DNA of 64,000 bases from the NCBI GenBank assembly GCA_016208615.1, contig JACQXS010000121.1:9160-73159 (forward strand). The letters are read 5' to 3'. This stretch comes from Candidatus Stahliibacteriota bacterium. GTDB taxonomy: Bacteria; Hydrothermota; UBA3073; JACQXS01. The position numbers and the translations under genes were made by a program. Every line of letters starts with the position of its first letter. The stretch's first letter is position 1. Positions 29,201 to 39,945 of this stretch are shown here, piece after piece. Below the pieces are notes generated by a model. The model had not been told where the DNA came from. It saw only the letters and a list, made by a program, of their open reading frames with translations, and did no database searches.

Positions 29201-30246
29201 TCATAAAGCTTTAGGTCAGGGTCAACTGCAATTACTGAGCGACCTGAGTAATCTACTCGTTTGCCCAATAAGTTACGACGGAACCTTCCTTGCTTCCCCT
29301 TCAATGTGTCGGATAAAGATTTTAGCGGAATACGCCCCTTGCCTTTAACAGGTACGCTACGGCGGGTGTTATCAAATAATGCATCTACTGACTCTTGTAA
29401 TAGGCGGCACTCATTTTTTAATATTATTTCAGGCGCCCGAATTTGGATTAAGTTTTTTAACCTATTATTCCTCATAATCACCCGTCTATACAGGTCATTT
29501 AAGTCAGAAGTCGCATACCGTCCACCCTCTAATGGAACTAATGGTCGTAAATCTGGCGGCAATACAGGCAATACCCTTAATACCATCCAGTCCGGTCTCG
29601 TACGACTACTACAAAAGCCCTCTATTACATTAAGACGCTTTAACAACCGACTACGCTTCTCCACAGAAGTTTCTATCCTAATTATCTGCTTTATCTCTGT
29701 GGAAAGTTCTTCCATATCAATATCTTTTAGCAACTCTAATAGTGCTTCAGCACCTGTTTTCGCCACAAACCCTTTATTGCTCTGTATAGATTTATACTCT
29801 TGGTCAGTTAAAAGGTCGCCCCTTTTATACTCTGTTGTCCCCGGCGAAATAACTACATGGGATTCATAATAAATTAGTCGCTCAAGTTCCGTTACAGATA
29901 AGTCAAGAACTGCACCTATCTTTGACGGCGGTACCCTATAAAACCAAATATGTGCCACAGGAATAGATAATTCAATATGACCTAATCGCTCACGCCTAAC
30001 ACGAGATAAAGTAATCTCTACCTTACAACGCTCACAAATTATACCTTTATATCGTATACCTTTGTATTTTCCACAACTACACTCATAGTCCCGAATAGGA
30101 CCAAATATCCGCTCACAAAATAACCCATCATACTCGGGCTTCTGCGTCCTATAATTAATAGTTTCGGCTTTCTTCACTTCACCCTTAGACCAGCTACGAA
30201 TGGTATCAGGAGAAGCTATACCTACTTGAATTGCTTTTAATTTCAT
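26206..30246 (-). CDS. rpoC: DNA-directed RNA polymerase subunit beta'
   Basis: 1346 aa; NADFDGD catalytic motif, zinc-finger CxxC, trigger loop; C-terminal about 17 aa ([20 protein letters not shown]) encoded by repeat family 1. Confidence 0.95.
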   Translation of the reverse strand: MKLKAIQVGIASPDTIRSWSKGEVKKAETINYRTQKPEYDGLFCERIFGPIRDYECSCGKYKGIRYKGIICERCKVEITLSRVRRERLGHIELSIPVAHIWFYRVPPSKIGAVLDLSVTELERLIYYESHVVISPGTTEYKRGDLLTDQEYKSIQSNKGFVAKTGAEALLELLKDIDMEELSTEIKQIIRIETSVEKRSRLLKRLNVIEGFCSSRTRPDWMVLRVLPVLPPDLRPLVPLEGGRYATSDLNDLYRRVIMRNNRLKNLIQIRAPEIILKNECRLLQESVDALFDNTRRSVPVKGKGRIPLKSLSDTLKGKQGRFRRNLLGKRVDYSGRSVIAVDPDLKLYECGVPKTMALELFKPFVIRELEREGYAQTVKGARKLLEEGAKEVWETLERIIYNHPVLLNRAPTLHRLSIQAFLPKLVEGKALRISPLVCVPFNADFDGDTMAIHVPLSVEAQLESLLLMMASNNILSPSNGEPISTPTQDAIIGIYWLTKERPKKDKKQETAVKAFSNIDEIEMAVEYKSVTLHEYIKYRVNGKLITTTPGRVIFNKVVPEEIEFVNELVGKKQLVKLVGEIYRVCGNIATVKFLDAVKSIGYEYITRSGLTIGIDDTFVPVPKPEIIARALKEIEKVHNQHKAGSITESERYNTVIDIWMRTTNQIERSALRLLEEKDEGFNPVYMIVKSGSRGNPDQVRQIIGTRGLMTRPKGGNEIIETPITSNFREGLNVLEYFISTHGARKGLTDTALKTAQAGYLTRKLVDAAQNVVITEEDCGTIMGNYVGPIKEGEQIIEPISKRIKGRYAMEDVINPITSQVIVFGGQEIPDDKAQEIEECGIDKVYVRSVLTCESSYGICQKCYGRDLSTNHLVEIGESVGVIAAQSIGEPGTQLTLRTFHIGGIATRIAKESEMRSAREGKTKFENLLLQRRKDDTIVAMRKGGKIYVQSEEGTTSYKVPYGAMVKVKDNAVIQKGEILFEWDPYSSPLLSEVEGEVRYEGLVENETYRLEYDDRTSRKYPVVISDRKTQSELQIYEEEKLLKGYPLPSKAHILVPDGTKVFPGDLLAKIPREIAKTRDITGGLPRVVELFEARCPKEKAILTEIDGVVEFKPKEHGYRVIAVRGTNEEKKYRISYGRHLLVDEGEEVRAGDKITQGPVDPHDILHIKGVGETQEFLVNQIQEVYMLQGVEINDKHIGILVRQMLSKIRILDPGDTLFVEGQIVEKSKLMEENKRLAGVEAKGATYEPVLLGVTQAILATDSFISAASFQETTRVLTDAAIHRKCDYLFGIKENVIIGSLIPAGTGVRGFKVPENEVKNSTNVTVEVENPVENPAAGGASGGGETV

Positions 30247-30300
30247 TTTCTCTCCTTCTGAGCCTGAGAATCATCAGCCTCAGGCCAAAATTCAATAGAC

Positions 30301-33300
30301 TTACTCATTTTTATCTTCTTTTATCAATTCTGTCTCTAATCCCAGTGCATTCAATTCTCTTAATAAGACATTAAATGAGAGTGGTTCACGCGGTTCAGGG
30401 AATTTCAACCCCTTAATAATTGACTCATACAATCCTCGTCTACCACTTATATCATCTGATTTAATTGTTAGCATCTCGTCCAAAGTATAGGCAGCCACAT
30501 AACCTTCAAGTGCCCAAACTTCCATTTCACCAAATCTCTGTCCACCCGCCTGTGCCTTACCACCTAAGGGTTGCTGAGTTATCAAGGCGTATGACCCTAT
30601 TGACCGAGCATGCAACTTATCTTCAACCATATGGATAAGTTTCATCATATAAACATAGCCAACTACTACCCGCTCACTAAATTGTTCCCCTGTACGACCG
30701 TCAAATAATATAGTTTTACCATCTTCAGGTAATCCTGCATGTTTTAATTCTGCTTTTATCTCATCTATTGTTGCACCATTAAAGACAGGGGTCACGGCTT
30801 CAAATCCTAATGAATGAGCCGCCCAACCTAAATGGGTTTCAAGAATTTGACCTATGTTCATTCTTGATGGTACGCCAAGCGGATTTAGACAAATATCAAC
30901 AGATGTACCATCTGCCAGATGAGGCATATCTTCACGAGGGACTATTTTAGAAACCGTCCCCTTATTACCATGGCGACCTGATAACTTATCTCCTACCATT
31001 ACTTGTCTGTGCTGAGCCACAAAAATCATTATCTTTTTTAATACACCATGAGATAGCGCATCACCTCGTTCATATTTCTCTATTATCAATTTCTCTTCCT
31101 TTTTAATCTTATTTACATACCTTTCTAAATCCGCTTTCTTTAATTTAGTACGCTTTAGTGCATCTATTAGTTGAGAATTACATTGCCTAATCTTATCTTT
31201 ACGACTTTCCACCTCACGCACATATAACGGGTCTTCACTCTTACGAGATAAAATACGAACATCTATCACTACTCCACGAACACCGCTGGGAACACATAAA
31301 GAAGTGTCTTTTACATCCTGTGCCTTTTCACCAAAAATGGCTTGTAAAAGCTTTTCCTCAGGAGAATATTCACGCTCCCCCTTAGGTGAAATTTTACCCA
31401 CTAAAATATCATCCGCCTCTACCTCCGCACCTATACGGACAACTCCATATTTATCTAAATTACGCAACGCTTCTGGGGGAATATTGGGAATATCAGAAGT
31501 TACCTCCTCAGGTCCAACAGCTGTATCACGAACCTCAACCTCAAATTTTTGAATAGTCACCGAACTAAACGACTCTCGCCGCAAAAGATCCTCAGAAAGA
31601 ACAATAGCATCCTCAAAATTGTACCCACGCCAAGGCAAAAAAGCAACTAACAGATTCTTACCCAAAGCAAGCTTGCCATCTTTCGTAGCCACACCATCGG
31701 CTATTAAGTCACCAGGATTGACGACATCGCCAACCTTAACTCTCACTTGCTGATTGATAGAAGTATCTTGATTTGTGTGCCTGAACTTAATTAGTGGATA
31801 ATAATCTACTCCATCTCCTTCGCTACATTTAACTATTATTTCACTTCCATCTGCCTTTAATACCATTCCTTTATGCTTTGCAACTACAATAGCACGAGAC
31901 CTAACTGCTACCTCTTCCTCTACACCTGTACGCACTATAGGAACTTCTGGAAATAGCAAAGGTACTCCCTGTCTCTGCATATTAGCACCCATTAAGGCAC
32001 GGTCTGCATCATCGTGCTCCAAAAATGGCACAAGAGAAGTGCTAACTGCCACAAATTGACGCGGCGAAATGTCCATATAATTAACTTCATTCGGCTCTAC
32101 TATAGGATAATCACCACGACGCCGCGCCAAAACTAAGGAAGAAGTTATCAGACCTTTGGTATCGGTAGGGGTATTAATCTGGGCAATAGTGAACTTATCT
32201 TCCTCATCTGCGGTTAAATAATCTATTTTGTCCTCTACACGACCTTTTTTTACTCTGTAATATGGAGTCTCTATTTCACCAAACTCATTTATTCGACCGT
32301 ATGTGGCAAGTGAAGTAATAATACCTACATTCTGACCTTCTGGTGTCTCTATTGGACATAAACGACCATACTGAGAGTGATGAACATCACGACTCTCAAG
32401 ACCAGCTGTCTGACGAGTTAGACCCCCAGGCCCTAAGCGCGATACCCTACGCTTATGCGTAAGCTCAGCCAATGGATTAGTCTGCTCCATAAACTGCGAA
32501 AGCTGACTTGTGGAAAAAAAACTATCTAAAACAGCATTTACTACTATAGGATTGATGATAGTACGAGGAGTTATCTTTTCGCTTTCTTTAAGCACCATAC
32601 GCTCACGAACTATCCAGGCTAACCTTGAAAAAGCTATACGAAACTGGTCCTCAAGCAATTCGCCCACACGCCTTAGATGACGATTGCCTAAATGGTCAGG
32701 GTCATCTATTGGCATTTCACCACGATATAAAGAAAACATACCCCGAATAACATTGAGAAAATCATCATTCGTAAGCGAAGTAGAAGTAATCTTAGTACCA
32801 AAGCGACGATTTATCTTATGCCGACCTATCTTATGCAAGTTATACATTGCAGGAGTAAAAAACATTGTGTTGAAAAATGATTGGGCAACACTGACATCAT
32901 GGATGCTTATTCCTTTTAGTAATGAATAGATATGAAGTAATGCCTTATCTTGACTTACATATTTCTCTTTAGCGTATGTAGATAAGATAAGGGGCGGAAA
33001 CTTATCAGTTAAGACTTCTACTTTATCTATTTCAAAATCTATAAAAGTAGCTAATAAATCTTCATCTATCTTGTCACCTGCCCTCGCTATAACTGAGGGA
33101 TCTACTTCTATTTTCTTGCCCTGTTTTTTACCCCTCGCTTGAGGGCGCACCTCTTTTTGCTTCCTTGTTTCGCGTTCCATTCCACTCTTTATAACATCAC
33201 GGGCTAAAACATAGCCAAGCAACCGGGTTGTTTCCTCTACATTGCGGAATTCAGTAGTGAAGAATAACTTTAATATATCCTCTAATTTTTCATACCCAAG

Positions 33301-33930
33301 TGCAAGTAGTAGAGTAGTACACAATATCTTATGTCGCCGAGTAAGTGCTACCCATAAGATGTCATTCATATCAGTAGATAGCTTAATCCACGACCCATGA
33401 TATGGAATTATCTCACCTATGAACAATCTTTTGCCTGAGGGGTGAATTTCTTCAGCATAATAGACCCCGGGGGCACGACGCAATTGGTTCACAATAACCC
33501 GTTCTACTCCATTTATTATGAAAGTACCCCAATCAGTCATTAACGGGAAACGACACAGATATACATTTTGCGTGTTTGATTCACGCATATCGCTATTATC
33601 TTCACGAACAGAGAACTTAAAATCTGCCCTCAAAGGGGCTGAATATGAAATACCGCGCTCTATTGCTTCTTGAGGCGAATAGTCAGGCTTACCTATCGCG
33701 TATGAGATGAACTCCATCCGATACCGAGAACGAGAATCCTCTATTGGAAAAGCTTCATGAAATACTCCTTGTAAGCCCTCTGATTTACGCTGATCTGGTG
33801 GAACTTCAAGTTGTAGAAATTTGTTCCAAGACTCAAGTTGTACACCAATTAAATCGCCTATTAATCCAGGTTTCTCTTTTATTTTATCATACCTTTTTAT
33901 CATAAAATCTCCTATGAGCCAGAGACTCAT
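30301..33930 (-). CDS. rpoB: DNA-directed RNA polymerase subunit beta
   Basis: 1209 aa; conserved beta regions; probable true start at the internal MIKRYDKIKE (about 33903). Confidence 0.95.
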   Translation of the reverse strand: MSLWLIGDFMIKRYDKIKEKPGLIGDLIGVQLESWNKFLQLEVPPDQRKSEGLQGVFHEAFPIEDSRSRYRMEFISYAIGKPDYSPQEAIERGISYSAPLRADFKFSVREDNSDMRESNTQNVYLCRFPLMTDWGTFIINGVERVIVNQLRRAPGVYYAEEIHPSGKRLFIGEIIPYHGSWIKLSTDMNDILWVALTRRHKILCTTLLLALGYEKLEDILKLFFTTEFRNVEETTRLLGYVLARDVIKSGMERETRKQKEVRPQARGKKQGKKIEVDPSVIARAGDKIDEDLLATFIDFEIDKVEVLTDKFPPLILSTYAKEKYVSQDKALLHIYSLLKGISIHDVSVAQSFFNTMFFTPAMYNLHKIGRHKINRRFGTKITSTSLTNDDFLNVIRGMFSLYRGEMPIDDPDHLGNRHLRRVGELLEDQFRIAFSRLAWIVRERMVLKESEKITPRTIINPIVVNAVLDSFFSTSQLSQFMEQTNPLAELTHKRRVSRLGPGGLTRQTAGLESRDVHHSQYGRLCPIETPEGQNVGIITSLATYGRINEFGEIETPYYRVKKGRVEDKIDYLTADEEDKFTIAQINTPTDTKGLITSSLVLARRRGDYPIVEPNEVNYMDISPRQFVAVSTSLVPFLEHDDADRALMGANMQRQGVPLLFPEVPIVRTGVEEEVAVRSRAIVVAKHKGMVLKADGSEIIVKCSEGDGVDYYPLIKFRHTNQDTSINQQVRVKVGDVVNPGDLIADGVATKDGKLALGKNLLVAFLPWRGYNFEDAIVLSEDLLRRESFSSVTIQKFEVEVRDTAVGPEEVTSDIPNIPPEALRNLDKYGVVRIGAEVEADDILVGKISPKGEREYSPEEKLLQAIFGEKAQDVKDTSLCVPSGVRGVVIDVRILSRKSEDPLYVREVESRKDKIRQCNSQLIDALKRTKLKKADLERYVNKIKKEEKLIIEKYERGDALSHGVLKKIMIFVAQHRQVMVGDKLSGRHGNKGTVSKIVPREDMPHLADGTSVDICLNPLGVPSRMNIGQILETHLGWAAHSLGFEAVTPVFNGATIDEIKAELKHAGLPEDGKTILFDGRTGEQFSERVVVGYVYMMKLIHMVEDKLHARSIGSYALITQQPLGGKAQAGGQRFGEMEVWALEGYVAAYTLDEMLTIKSDDISGRRGLYESIIKGLKFPEPREPLSFNVLLRELNALGLETELIKEDKNE

Positions 33931-34297
33931 CAGCCTCCGGCTGATAAACTAAATCTGTTTTATACTTATAGCGCCCCGTAATATCAAAATGTGAAGAAGA
34001 AATAAAATAACCCCTTCTTTTTCTTCTGTTTTATGCCGGTTGTAGCAAAGCAAAAATCCCGATTGCCCCGCTCCAGCGGTGGCTCCGGCGAGATAGTAAG
34101 AGTGCTTTGATAAAATCATATCTTAAATCTATACAAAAATATGAAAACTCTCTTTAACTGTGGTTTATACAGCTCTAAGTATCTATATTTTATATGGGAA
34201 AAACTTTTATTTTTTCATAAACCTCCACAATAATTTTGAAGTTTATTACACATTTTTAAGAAGTCAAGTAAAAAAATACATAAAAATGCATAAAAAA

Positions 34298-34753
34298 TTA
34301 TTTTGTCCCATTTCCTTGTTGGAGCGGAGCGGAAATCCCGCTCTGGCGGGACTGCTGCCTATAAAGTTCAACTATTGGTAAGCAGGTAGAGAATCTTTCC
34401 TTGCCTTTGGAGGGCCATTTTTTAAACCATTCTACTCCAGGTATACCGGGGAAGCCCCAACAATAATTGTGAGCATAATCTACTTTGCGAAATTTGACAG
34501 GCAATCCAAGAATACGGAGCTTATGAATATAATAGCCCGTTTCAAAAAATTCATCCGTGTAGTATAAAAAATTACCCCTTTCAACCCTAAAGCCATCTGC
34601 CAATAATTCATAGCGCTCCTCTTCAAAATGCCAACCCTGTTTTATTTCTATTTTACCATCTGTATAATAAAAGTCAGCCGCCTGCCGCCTATAAATATAA
34701 AAGCCGATACTTGCCACAAAAATAAGAACTAAAAATACTAATAACTTCCACAT
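34298..34753 (-). CDS. hypothetical membrane protein
   Basis: N-terminal TM helix; C-terminal residues encoded by repeat family 2 copy (34319-34359). Confidence 0.35.
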   Translation of the reverse strand: MWKLLVFLVLIFVASIGFYIYRRQAADFYYTDGKIEIKQGWHFEEERYELLADGFRVERGNFLYYTDEFFETGYYIHKLRILGLPVKFRKVDYAHNYCWGFPGIPGVEWFKKWPSKGKERFSTCLPIVELYRQQSRQSGISAPLQQGNGTK

Positions 34754-34843
34754 CTCTTAATTTTGTAATAGTTTATCTATTCTGAGGTAGATGTCAAGAA
34801 AAAAGTTGACTTTTTGGCATCTACGACATATTTTGTTCCTTAA

Positions 34844-35698
34844 ATGAAATTAATAGTATCTGCGCCTCCTCATATACATAAAAATATATCCATCTCGCGA
34901 ATAATGTATACGGTAGTATTAGCATTAGTACCAACATTATGTTGGGCAGTGTATTTATTTGGGCTACCCGTATTGTATATTGTTATTATTTCTTGTGTCT
35001 CGGCTATAGCCACTGAGGCACTGGCACAAATAATAATGAAACGAAAGATTACAGCATTAGATGGTAGTGCCTTACTTACCGGGCTACTACTTGCATTTAT
35101 TTTGCCACCCAATTCACCGTTCTGGCTACCTGTAATTGGTTCTGTATTTGCTATACTTATAGTCAAACAAGTATTCGGCGGACTGGGATGTAATCTCATA
35201 AATCCCGCACTTGCTGGTCGGGCATTGCTTGTAATATTAGCCCCAAAAATTATGTCCAATACTCCAATTATAGGAAACATACTTTTAGATACTAAATGTA
35301 TTAGTGAAGTAGCTGTATTATTAATAGGTGGGCTGTTCCTTATCAAAATAAAATATATTGATTGGCGTATTCCTTTGGCATATATAGGAACAGTAGGTAT
35401 ATTGACGGAAGTCTTTTATCTATTAGGAATAACTAAAATAAATGGTCTATTCCATATCCTTGTTGGTGGATTAGTTTTAGGTGCTTTCTTCATGGCAACT
35501 GATTATGTTACCTCGCCTATAACTCGCAAAGGTAGATGCATATTTGGAATAGGGTGCGGAATAATAACTGCTATTTTAAGAATATGGCTACCATTTCTTG
35601 ACGGAATGTGCTATGCTATATTAGTTATGAATTGCTTAGTCCCACTTATTGATAGGATGTCAATATGTAGGAGCGATGCGGTGCATCACTCAAAATAA
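34844..35698 (+). CDS. RnfD/NqrB-family membrane protein (short form)
   Basis: SAPPHIH...SISRIM N-terminus, GGLGxNxxNPALAGRA and MATDYVTSPIT motifs of RnfD/NqrB; no other rnf/nqr genes adjacent. Confidence 0.55.
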   Translation: MKLIVSAPPHIHKNISISRIMYTVVLALVPTLCWAVYLFGLPVLYIVIISCVSAIATEALAQIIMKRKITALDGSALLTGLLLAFILPPNSPFWLPVIGSVFAILIVKQVFGGLGCNLINPALAGRALLVILAPKIMSNTPIIGNILLDTKCISEVAVLLIGGLFLIKIKYIDWRIPLAYIGTVGILTEVFYLLGITKINGLFHILVGGLVLGAFFMATDYVTSPITRKGRCIFGIGCGIITAILRIWLPFLDGMCYAILVMNCLVPLIDRMSICRSDAVHHSK

Positions 35699-36954
35699 TG
35701 AACGAAACAATTGGAAATTTATTACCCGTATGGACTGTAATTCCTTTTATTGTATTACTTCTTAGTATTGCCATTTTGCCATTGACGGTTGAGCATTTCT
35801 GGGAGAAAAATCATAATAAAGCAATAATAGCCGCAATTATTTCACTCCCCGTAATAGTGATTTTTGGGCTTTATGGTGATTTCCAACCTATAGTTCACGA
35901 ACTAAAAGAATATTTTTCATTCATCGTTTTACTTGCCTCACTATTCATTATCTCTGGTGGAATATATTTAAGTGGCGATATTCAAGGTACGCCGTGTAAT
36001 AATCTTATTTTTCTTGCGATTGGTGGTATTATTGCCAATATCTTTGGAACAACAGGTGCCGCTATGCTTTTAATTAGACCTATGTTGAGAATAAATAGCC
36101 AAAGAAAATATACTCCTCATCTTCCTATATTCTTTATTTTTATTGTCTGCAATATCGGAGGCTGCCTATTACCCATAGGCGACCCACCTCTATTTATGGG
36201 CTATTTAAGAGGGGTGCCTTTCTTTTGGACCCTTCGCCTTTTACCGCAATGGTCATTTATGATGGTACTAATACTAACTACTTTCTATTTATTTGACTTA
36301 CACTTCTGGCGCAAGGAAACTATAGAAACAAAAGAGTTAGATAACTTAGAAATTGAGAAAATGGGGCTGCATGGGAAAATAAATTTAATTTTCATCACCC
36401 TCGTCTTGGCAAGCGTTATCTATCTCTCTACGCCTATACGAGAAATAGGAATGATTGTGCTTGCTCTACTTTCTTTATTATTTACTCCAAAAGCTGTGCG
36501 TGCAAAAAATGAATTTAATTTTGCACCTATTGTTGAAGTAGCGGTAATTTTTGCAGGTATATTTATAACTATGGTACCTGCATTACTAATACTTGAGGCA
36601 CAAGCAGGAGAAATAGGTATCTCATTACCTTGGCACTTTTTCTGGACTACGGGAATATTGTCATCTTTTCTTGACAATACGCCAACATATATTACCATGC
36701 TTTCACTGGCACAAGGATTTTTTAATATGCCACACGAAATAGTGGGAGTGCCAATTAAAATATTGACCGCTATTTCATTAGGGGCAGTTTTTATGGGAGC
36801 TAATACTTATATTGGGAATGGTCCTAACTTTATGGTCAAAAGTATATGCGAACATAAAAAAATCCAAATACCATCTTTCTTTGGATATATGATGTGGTCA
36901 GGCAGCATATTAATTCCATTATTTATCATTGTAACTTTAGTTTTCTTAAAATAA
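35698..36954 (+). CDS. ArsB/NhaD-superfamily ion transporter (putative Na+/H+ antiporter-like)
   Basis: 418 aa polytopic membrane protein with duplicated transport-domain architecture. Confidence 0.45.
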   Translation: MNETIGNLLPVWTVIPFIVLLLSIAILPLTVEHFWEKNHNKAIIAAIISLPVIVIFGLYGDFQPIVHELKEYFSFIVLLASLFIISGGIYLSGDIQGTPCNNLIFLAIGGIIANIFGTTGAAMLLIRPMLRINSQRKYTPHLPIFFIFIVCNIGGCLLPIGDPPLFMGYLRGVPFFWTLRLLPQWSFMMVLILTTFYLFDLHFWRKETIETKELDNLEIEKMGLHGKINLIFITLVLASVIYLSTPIREIGMIVLALLSLLFTPKAVRAKNEFNFAPIVEVAVIFAGIFITMVPALLILEAQAGEIGISLPWHFFWTTGILSSFLDNTPTYITMLSLAQGFFNMPHEIVGVPIKILTAISLGAVFMGANTYIGNGPNFMVKSICEHKKIQIPSFFGYMMWSGSILIPLFIIVTLVFLK

Positions 36955-36961
36955 TATCAGT

Positions 36962-37282
36962 GTGACTATGGCAGAAGATAAAAATTTAATAAAGATAAAG
37001 GAGGTAATAAAAAATATTTTCCCGGATAATAGAATAATTTTATTTGGCTCTCGGGGTAGGGGTAATTTTGATAGATTGAGTGATTATGATATCTTGGTCA
37101 TAGTTAAGCAGAATTTGAGTATTAAAGAAAAACGACAGTTTGCAAGTAAGATAACAAACAAGTTAGCATCTATGTTGATAGCAACTGATGTAATTATTAA
37201 AACAGAAAAAGATGTGAATTATTATCAAGATAAAATAGGCAGTGTAGTTAGAGAGGCGGTAAGGGAAGGAATGTACATATGA
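36962..37282 (+). CDS. minimal nucleotidyltransferase (MNT) antitoxin
   Basis: LFGSRGRGNFDRLSDYDILV (GSxxxG...DxD NTase motif); 4-bp overlap with the HEPN gene. Confidence 0.7.
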   Translation: MTMAEDKNLIKIKEVIKNIFPDNRIILFGSRGRGNFDRLSDYDILVIVKQNLSIKEKRQFASKITNKLASMLIATDVIIKTEKDVNYYQDKIGSVVREAVREGMYI

Positions 37283-37665
37283 TAGACGAATATATTAAAG
37301 GATGGTTAGATAAAGCAGATAAAGATTTAAAGGCAGTAGAACACGAATTAAGTTTCCCACAAGAAGAAATACTGAGAGATATAGTATGTTTTCACTGCCA
37401 ACAGGCAGTAGAAAAATATTTAAAGGGGTTCTTAATCTATCATAAGACAGAATTTTTACGAACACATGATATAAAATACTTATTAGAGAAATGTGCTATT
37501 ATTGATAAGGACTTTGCCTATCTTGAAATAAAAGAACTATCCAGTTTTGCAGTAGAAGTTCGGTATCCAGATGATTTATACATTCCTGATATGGGAGAAG
37601 TAAATTTTTATTATGAACTAACAAAAAGAATTAAAGAATTAGTGCTCACAAAACTAAGGATATAA
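37279..37665 (+). CDS. HEPN-domain toxin
   Basis: 128 aa; Rx4-6H motif (RTHDIKY); paired with MNT. Confidence 0.65.
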   Translation: MIDEYIKGWLDKADKDLKAVEHELSFPQEEILRDIVCFHCQQAVEKYLKGFLIYHKTEFLRTHDIKYLLEKCAIIDKDFAYLEIKELSSFAVEVRYPDDLYIPDMGEVNFYYELTKRIKELVLTKLRI

Positions 37666-37671
37666 AGAGAA

Positions 37672-39351
37672 ATGATTTTGGCTGTAGTTGTAGTTGCAAT
37701 TTTAGTGCTTTTTATCGGGTATCGGGTTTATGGTAATTTCTTATCTCGCCAATTTAATCTAACTAATACCCATCCTACTCCTGCGGTCCAATTTAATGAT
37801 GGTATAGATTATGTGCCTGCTCACCCCACATTGCTTTTGGGACAACACTTTTCAGCTATTGCGGCCGCAGGTCCTATTGTCGGTCCAATACTTGCGGGTA
37901 TATGGTTTGGCTGGCTACCTGCCTTATTATGGATACTATTAGGGTCAATCTTCATTGGCGGAGTACACGATTTTACATCTCTTGTGGCTTCCATCCGGCA
38001 TAAAGCAGCCTCTATAGGCGAAATAGTGAAACAAAATATGTCCCGAACAGCTCATATCTTGTTTTTAATTTTTGTCTGGGCTTGCCTAATTTATGTGATA
38101 ATTGCATTCACAGACATTACGGCACAGACTTTCAAAACTACTTCCGCTTATACTGCTTTTGGGGCAGGAGTGGCAGGGTCATCTGTACTTTATATTATTG
38201 CAGCTATGGTAATGGGTATCTTTTTATACAAGTTCAAACTCAAATTGTGGCTAACAACACTTATATTTTTGCCTATCGTATTATTTATTATCTGGATTGG
38301 CCCACACCTGCCGAAGTCTATTTTGTCTTTCTTGCAGGAGCTACCAGTTAAGCAGTGGCATATATTTTTATTACTCTACTGTTTTATCGCCTCAATTATT
38401 CCTATGTGGCTATTATTACAGCCACGCGGATATCTGGGTGGATGGCTACTTTATCTCATTATTGCCATTTCCTTGATTGGTGTATTATTTGGCAGATTTG
38501 AAATCGGGTATCCTGCTTTTAAGCTCGTGGGATTAAAAAGTGTTGTCAACGGGAACCCTATTTTCCCTATTCTATTTATCACCATAGCTTGTGGTGCCTG
38601 CTCCGGATTCCATGGTATTGTGTGTTCCGGCACCACTTCAAAGCAACTTGCCCGCGAAACGGATGCTAAAATTATAGGACTTGGCGGAATGTTGCTTGAA
38701 GGACTGGTAGCAGTGCTGGCATTAGCTACTCTAATGATATTGCCACAAAAAATTGACCTCACTTATACTGACCCGAATCTAATCTATGCTAATGGGATTG
38801 CCCGTTATATGGGACTTATAGGAGTAGGATTTAATATTGCTTTCCCGTTTGCTTTGCTTGCATTTTCTACTTTTGTGTATGATACTCTTGATGTCTGCAC
38901 TCGTCTGGCAAGATATGTATTTCAGGAAATTACAGGACTACGCACAAGACTTGGCGGCGTAATTGCAACCGTAATAAGCTTATCTATACCGCTCGCATTT
39001 CTGATGACTACACAAGAGAAGGGCTATCTTGTAGCGTGGCAGATATTTGGGACAAGTAATCAGCTTTTGGCAAGTCTAATACTTCTCGCAGTCTCAGTAT
39101 GGCTAATCAAGAGTGGCAAAAAAGTAATTTACACTATCTTGCCTATGTGCTTTATGCTGGTAATGACATTTTGGTCATTGGGACTAAAAATTCTATCCCT
39201 TGTAGATAATTTACCTGCTTGGATTAGCGGTCAGCATATAAAACCTGATATTGTGATTTCAGGCATCACAAGTAGCATACTTTTTACACTAAGTCTATGC
39301 TTAGTACTTGAAGCAGTAAGGGTATTGAGATTAAAAAAAGGAGCAAAATGA
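37672..39351 (+). CDS. cstA: carbon starvation protein A (peptide transporter)
   Basis: 559 aa; CstA N-terminal pattern YRVYGxFLSRxF...HFSAIAAAGPIVGPILA. Confidence 0.8.
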   Translation: MILAVVVVAILVLFIGYRVYGNFLSRQFNLTNTHPTPAVQFNDGIDYVPAHPTLLLGQHFSAIAAAGPIVGPILAGIWFGWLPALLWILLGSIFIGGVHDFTSLVASIRHKAASIGEIVKQNMSRTAHILFLIFVWACLIYVIIAFTDITAQTFKTTSAYTAFGAGVAGSSVLYIIAAMVMGIFLYKFKLKLWLTTLIFLPIVLFIIWIGPHLPKSILSFLQELPVKQWHIFLLLYCFIASIIPMWLLLQPRGYLGGWLLYLIIAISLIGVLFGRFEIGYPAFKLVGLKSVVNGNPIFPILFITIACGACSGFHGIVCSGTTSKQLARETDAKIIGLGGMLLEGLVAVLALATLMILPQKIDLTYTDPNLIYANGIARYMGLIGVGFNIAFPFALLAFSTFVYDTLDVCTRLARYVFQEITGLRTRLGGVIATVISLSIPLAFLMTTQEKGYLVAWQIFGTSNQLLASLILLAVSVWLIKSGKKVIYTILPMCFMLVMTFWSLGLKILSLVDNLPAWISGQHIKPDIVISGITSSILFTLSLCLVLEAVRVLRLKKGAK

Positions 39352-39908
39352 TACAAGAAGCTAAAAAGCTAATTCCTAAAAAGCTATTATTAGTAATCTG
39401 CCTATTGTGTCTTCCAATACTTTTAGTATCCGGGAGTAAACCCCCTATACAAAAGATAGATAAGAAACGCGAATTAGAGATGAAATTACTAAATATGCTA
39501 ACAAACGATAGTGCTCATATAGGAATAGTTAAATTTAAGCCCATAGTTGCTGATACTGTATGGGCTGTACTTGATACCGCAGATAGTCAGATAGGAATAG
39601 TGTTTAGAGTTTTCCCAAAAGGATATAGTGGAGTAATTGAAACTTATGTAGGGTTGGATATGGATACTACGGTTATGGGAATAAGAACAGCAACACCAGC
39701 AGAAGGGCTAAAAGAGACACCGGGATTAGGGGACAAGATAAATGAAACCGAATTTAAGTCTCAATTCATAGGTAAAAAGGAAAAAGAGATTCGATTAAAA
39801 AAGGATGGCGGTACCCTTGATGCTATAACAGGAGCGACTATTTCAGCCCAAGCCGTTGCTGACGGAGTAAGAAAAGGGATAAAAAGTCATAAAAAATACC
39901 TACACTAA
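39348..39908 (+). CDS. FMN-binding domain protein (RnfG/NqrC-like)
   Basis: LDAITGATISAQAV FMN-attachment motif; signal/TM at N-terminus. Confidence 0.6.
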   Translation: MIQEAKKLIPKKLLLVICLLCLPILLVSGSKPPIQKIDKKRELEMKLLNMLTNDSAHIGIVKFKPIVADTVWAVLDTADSQIGIVFRVFPKGYSGVIETYVGLDMDTTVMGIRTATPAEGLKETPGLGDKINETEFKSQFIGKKEKEIRLKKDGGTLDAITGATISAQAVADGVRKGIKSHKKYLH

Positions 39909-39945
39909 TTTATATCCACCTTTCTATATTACTAAGCATTAACTA

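Noticed and set aside
26744-29869. Multiple plus-strand ORFs (123 to 202 aa) inside rpoC, and similar ones inside rpoB, thrS, fusA and the 1853-aa gene
   Set aside because: Antisense ORFs within highly conserved genes, with biased low-complexity composition and no start signals.
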